Source of the DNA: Candidatus Iainarchaeum sp. | Lineage (GTDB): Archaea; Iainarchaeota; Iainarchaeia; Iainarchaeales; CSSED10-239 | DNA: 9,058 bases | Assembly (NCBI GenBank): GCA_028700905.1 | Contig: JAQVRT010000029.1 | Coordinates: 1-9,058 of the forward strand | Direction of reading: 5' to 3' | In this document: in pieces, positions 5,963 to 9,058 of the stretch | How the letters are laid out: each line of letters starts with the position of its first letter | Position numbering within the stretch: position 1 is the stretch's first letter | Notes under the pieces: model-generated | What the model was told of the DNA's origin: nothing | Seen by the model: only the letters and a program-made list of their open reading frames with translations | Databases searched by the model: none | Made by a program: the position numbers and the translations under genes

Positions 5963-6155
5963 TTAAAGTTCATTTATCCTAACTCTTAATTACCTCCTTT
6001 TTTAAATTATAATAATATAATGTAAAGACAAAAATATATCTGTTTTCAAGGAGAGGCTACCTGGCCGAGAAAAATTAAAAATAATAAAAATAAAGATAAT
6101 TATAAATACAATACAGACCTATATTATATAAAAAAATAAAAATTTTTGATAATTT

Positions 6156-6740
6156 ATGAAACTAATAATAACAAGACATGGAGAAACAATAGAAAATACA
6201 AAAGGAATAATGCAAGGCCATCTTCCAGGAAAACTTACAGAAAAAGGAAAAGAACAAGCCAGAAAAATAGCAGATACACTTAAAAATGAAAAAATAGATG
6301 TTTTTTTTTCAAGTGATCTTAAAAGAGCAAAAGATACTATTAAAGAAATATACAAATATCATAAATCTAAACCTTTAATATACACAGAAGAATTAAGAGA
6401 AAAAGATTTAGGAGAACTTACAGGAAAAACTAAAAAAGAATTTAATTGGTCACTAAAAAGTTATTATTTTGTTATATATGAAAATAAAAAAGGAGAGAAA
6501 AATAAAGATTTTTTAAAAAGAGTAAAAAATTTTATTGACTACCTTTATAAAAATTACAAAGATAAAACAATATTAATTACTTGCCACAATGGTATAGGAA
6601 GAGCAATTATAGCCTACATTACTAATAAAGAATATAATAATGATATTTCAAGTTTTAATAATAATTTTGTATACTTATTTGAAATAATTAAAAAAAATAA
6701 GAAATATAATTATACAAAAAAAAGAAAAATAATAAAATAA
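6156..6740 (+). CDS. histidine phosphatase family protein (phosphoglycerate mutase-like, branch 1)
   Basis: 194-aa ORF. It has the N-terminal catalytic RHGET motif (LIITRHGETIENTKGIMQG), then FSSDLKRAKDT (the SSxLxRAxxT block), and the distal catalytic His in ILITCHNGIGRAI. Confidence 0.82.
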   Translation: MKLIITRHGETIENTKGIMQGHLPGKLTEKGKEQARKIADTLKNEKIDVFFSSDLKRAKDTIKEIYKYHKSKPLIYTEELREKDLGELTGKTKKEFNWSLKSYYFVIYENKKGEKNKDFLKRVKNFIDYLYKNYKDKTILITCHNGIGRAIIAYITNKEYNNDISSFNNNFVYLFEIIKKNKKYNYTKKRKIIK

Positions 6741-6760
6741 ATGTCCTAAAAATAAAACAT

Positions 6761-7051
6761 TTATTTATAAAGTCTTTTAATAGAATATGCAATAAAGAAT
6801 AATAATGTAGCATATAAAAGAAGAGAAATTACAATCAAATAGTGTACGTAAAAACTAGCATATATCAATATAGCATATAAAAAACTAAATATAAAAAAAC
6901 TAAACCATTTTTTAGAATGATCAACTTTCTTTCTTTTACCTTTATTCCTTAATAAATTAGATTCTTCAAGATATGTTGAACCTAAAAATATTAAAACCGC
7001 ATAAGCTATTATAAATAAAGCATAAATTATTGTAATATCCATAATAATCAT
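6761..7051 (-). CDS. hypothetical small membrane protein (about 3 TM helices)
   Basis: 96-aa ORF 38 bp downstream of the ATPase gene on the same strand. It has hydrophobic segments ITIIYALFIIAYAVLIFLG, WFSFFIFSFLYAILIYASF and LIVISLLLYATLLFFIAY, with a basic loop NKGKRKKVDHSKK. Confidence 0.45.
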   Translation of the reverse strand: MIIMDITIIYALFIIAYAVLIFLGSTYLEESNLLRNKGKRKKVDHSKKWFSFFIFSFLYAILIYASFYVHYLIVISLLLYATLLFFIAYSIKRLYK

Positions 7052-7089
7052 TTATATTGTTATTCAATTTATTTATAAACCTTTCTTTT

Positions 7090-8487
7090 TTATTTATTTA
7101 ACAATTCTTTATAACCAAACCTTGGATCAATAAGTAAATTTCTAATTTCATCAGAATCTTTAATATTTCTATCAACCATACTTTTTAATATTTTTATTCT
7201 ATTATCAATTACAATTTGAAGTTCTATTTTAGAAATATTAATATAATTACATAACTTTTCTAAAAATTGAGAACTCATAAAATTAACTGAAGAACTAAAT
7301 TCCATATTATCATTTGAGTAAATATGATTTAATGTAATATTTCCAAGTCTACTAATTTCAGAAATTTGAGAAACATATCTATACATCTTATTTCCAATAT
7401 ATTTTTTATCAAAAGTAATTATTATGTCTAATAATTTAATATAACTTTCTTCTATATTCATCGGTTCTGATAAAAGTTTATTAATTAAATCTCCACTATT
7501 ATTTGCATGAATAGTAGATATACAACCTTGATGCCCTGTATCCATTGCCATAAATAAAGCTTTAGCTTCTTTTCCTCTAGTCTCACCTATAACAATTCTA
7601 TCTGGCCTCATTCTTAAGATATTTAAAGTTATATTATAAAGACTATCTGGATCAGAAATATCACTTACAAGACTTACAGAATTATCAAAAATAGTTGTAT
7701 TTATTTCTTTAGTATCTTCAACACAAATAACTCTTTCTTTTGGATGTACAAAATTAAGTAAAATATTTAATAAAGTTGTTTTACCAGTGCTTGTTCCACC
7801 ACAAATAAAAAGATTTGCTGGTTTTAAGTTAAATCCTTCAATTACAGTCCATAGATATGCTGCAACTTCATAATTAAAAGTATTATTATTAATTAAATCA
7901 ATTATTGTTAATGGTTTACTTAAAAATTTTCTAATAGTTATAACATTAAATCTTGCAATCTCTTTTGAAACTATATTAATCCTTGAATTATCTGGTAGTA
8001 CACCATCAATAAATTTTCTTTTATTAAAGTCACCATTAATTGTTTTCTTTATATATTCCAAGAAAACATTAAAACTTCTTCTATCAAAAACAATGTTTGT
8101 TTTATAATAAATATTTTTTCTTGAAATTACAAATACTTTATTATAATCATTAACCATTATTTCTTCATAATCATCACTTTTCATGATCGGTGCTAACTCT
8201 TTATAGCCTATCAAATAATCAATTAAATATTCAGTAAAATTTGATTCTAAATATTTTTTAAAAAAGTTTTTAGTTTCTACAATAACTTCATTAATTGCTA
8301 TAATACTAAAATCTAAATTTTTAATTTCATTTAATACTTTTTCTTTATCTTCATCTGTAAGACCTTTAATAAAATAATTTTCAAAATCAGATATTTCTAC
8401 AGTATGCAACATTATTTTATAAATAATTTCATTGTATTCTTTATTTTCATAATCAAATTCAATTTCATTCATTAAAAAGACCTTCAT
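7090..8487 (-). CDS. type II/IV secretion system family ATPase (FlaI/ArlI-, TadA/CpaF-, VirB11-like hexameric motor)
   Basis: 465-aa ORF with four signature blocks: Walker A ICGGTSTGKTTLLNILLN, Asp box VICVEDTKEI, Walker B region LRMRPDRIVIGETRGKEAKALFMAM, and His box TGHQGCISTIHANN. The N-terminal ~200 aa are not recognisable. Confidence 0.85.
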   Translation of the reverse strand: MKVFLMNEIEFDYENKEYNEIIYKIMLHTVEISDFENYFIKGLTDEDKEKVLNEIKNLDFSIIAINEVIVETKNFFKKYLESNFTEYLIDYLIGYKELAPIMKSDDYEEIMVNDYNKVFVISRKNIYYKTNIVFDRRSFNVFLEYIKKTINGDFNKRKFIDGVLPDNSRINIVSKEIARFNVITIRKFLSKPLTIIDLINNNTFNYEVAAYLWTVIEGFNLKPANLFICGGTSTGKTTLLNILLNFVHPKERVICVEDTKEINTTIFDNSVSLVSDISDPDSLYNITLNILRMRPDRIVIGETRGKEAKALFMAMDTGHQGCISTIHANNSGDLINKLLSEPMNIEESYIKLLDIIITFDKKYIGNKMYRYVSQISEISRLGNITLNHIYSNDNMEFSSSVNFMSSQFLEKLCNYINISKIELQIVIDNRIKILKSMVDRNIKDSDEIRNLLIDPRFGYKELLNK

Positions 8488-8607
8488 TATATTTTAATAT
8501 TTAATATATAAGATAGATAATTATATAAACTCTTTTCTTATTTTAAAATAAATTAATATAAATATTAAATAATTATGTTTAAAAACTTAATTAATTATTA
8601 AATAATT

Positions 8608-9058
8608 ATGGAAATAAAGCTTATTGATGTAAAAAAAGAAATTGAAAATTTACCTTCAGATATATTTGGTATTAATGAGAAAATTAAAGTTAAGAACATC
8701 AAATTTCTTAAAACTAATAGAAAAAACCTAAACATTTATTTTAAAATAAATAAAAAAGAATTTATTTTTAGAATAAATATTAAAGGACTAAATAATAATT
8801 CTTATAAAAAATCAAAAAAAGAGTATAATAAATTAAAAATTGTTGAAAAATATAATTTATCAGATACAAAAAAAATCTATTTTTCAAAAAAAGGTAAATT
8901 TTGTCCTTATTCATATATAATTATCACATATATTAAAGGAAAAAATATAGTTTTAAATAAAAAAAATATTCCTATTATTGCAAAAAAATTAGCAAAATCA
9001 AATAATGTAAAATTATCATTTTTAGAAAAAATAAAAATTGATAAACAAAATTATAATA
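8608..9058 (+). CDS. phosphotransferase-family (APH / choline-ethanolamine kinase-like) protein, N-terminal part; 3' end lies outside the window
   Basis: The ATG at 8608 opens a frame that stays open to the window end (150 codons): MEIKLIDVKKEIENLPSDIFGINEKIKVKNIKFLKTNRKNLNIYFKINKKEFIFRINIKG...KKEYNKLKIVEKYNLSDTKKIYFSKKGKFCPYSYIITYIKGKNI... The pattern (N.vY.v....ef.fRin ... kEy..l..v.......k.y........y.I..YIkG..i) is the usual APH-fold N-lobe. It is not in the ORF track because there is no in-window stop. Confidence 0.5.
   Translation, partial: MEIKLIDVKKEIENLPSDIFGINEKIKVKNIKFLKTNRKNLNIYFKINKKEFIFRINIKGLNNNSYKKSKKEYNKLKIVEKYNLSDTKKIYFSKKGKFCPYSYIIITYIKGKNIVLNKKNIPIIAKKLAKSNNVKLSFLEKIKIDKQNYN

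Larger units (their letters stand above)
5196..6155. other. 960-bp ORF-free, motif-dense noncoding region (unassigned)
   Basis: The six-frame track has no ORF in 5196-6118, and my manual scan found no ATG-initiated ORF longer than 28 codons on either strand. The region contains repeated GTTATGT-core motifs, a 9-bp perfect palindrome and GC islands (5531-5560, 5589-5617, 5654-5685, 6047-6070) in an otherwise A+T background. Confidence 0.8.

Noticed and set aside
5991-5999. tacctcctt resembles the anti-SD 3' terminus of 16S rRNA.
   Set aside because: There is no rRNA-like sequence upstream, and the surrounding sequence is unstructured A/T. It is better read as the complement of an SD on the minus strand.
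6047-6070. GC island aaggagaggctacctggccgaga. GGAGAGG...GGCCGAG resembles the first bases of a class II tRNA-Ser, suggesting a tRNA gene or an att-site fragment.
   Set aside because: There are five extra bases between the two blocks, and the sequence is followed by pure A/T, so there is no D-arm closure, anticodon arm or T-arm. The match is only 14 nt. It cannot be supported as a tRNA or tRNA remnant without a genome-wide comparison to the real tRNA-Ser gene.
6119-6355. 78-aa minus-strand ORF.
   Set aside because: It is antisense to the 5' end of the histidine phosphatase gene, whose RHGET motif clearly defines the true frame.
6737-6764. 8-bp A/T hairpin (ataaatgt / acatttat) between the convergent phosphatase and membrane-protein genes, as a bidirectional terminator.
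   Set aside because: The stem is all A/T except for one G-C pair, the loop is 12 nt, and there is no flanking T-run. It is too weak to call.

Overview
The window is extremely AT-rich, roughly three quarters A+T by eye, and gene-dense. It looks like a reduced genome. A DPANN-type archaeon is my guess, from TATA-like tttaaata boxes about 25-35 bp upstream of mostly SD-less starts, but a low-GC bacterium cannot be excluded. The standard genetic code fits, because TGA, TAG and TAA all terminate ORFs at natural protein ends.

Recognisable genes, in order:
- the 3' end of folA (DHFR)
- a long-form dCTP deaminase
- an AlkD-type DNA alkylation repair glycosylase; these first three are packed with 7-8 bp gaps
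- a minus-strand pair: a 140-aa membrane protein and a 267-aa orphan with a basic tail
- a divergently transcribed 298-aa orphan with protein-kinase N-lobe motifs
- a vapB(RHH)-vapC(PIN) toxin-antitoxin pair, preceded by four palindromic sites at 16-bp spacing
- a histidine-phosphatase (PGM-like) gene
- a small 3-TM protein downstream of a FlaI/TadA/VirB11-family secretion/pilus ATPase, both on the minus strand
- the 5' part of an APH/choline-kinase-like phosphotransferase running off the window

The most unusual part is the 960-bp ORF-free stretch at 5196-6155, between vapC and the phosphatase gene.
- It holds six copies of a GTTATGT-core motif in both orientations, including a perfect 12-bp inverted repeat bracketing a nearly pure A+T block.
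- It has a perfect 9-bp palindrome whose arm, TTTCGGCATAA, is also found in the vapB leader.
- It has isolated GC islands.
- It shows a strong C>G skew.
- It carries an orphan consensus Shine-Dalgarno on the minus strand.

I cannot assign this stretch to any known RNA or element family. The competing explanations are an origin or iteron field, a regulatory or sRNA locus, or a decayed mobile or coding segment.

All motif counts and coordinates were done by hand and should be re-verified computationally.
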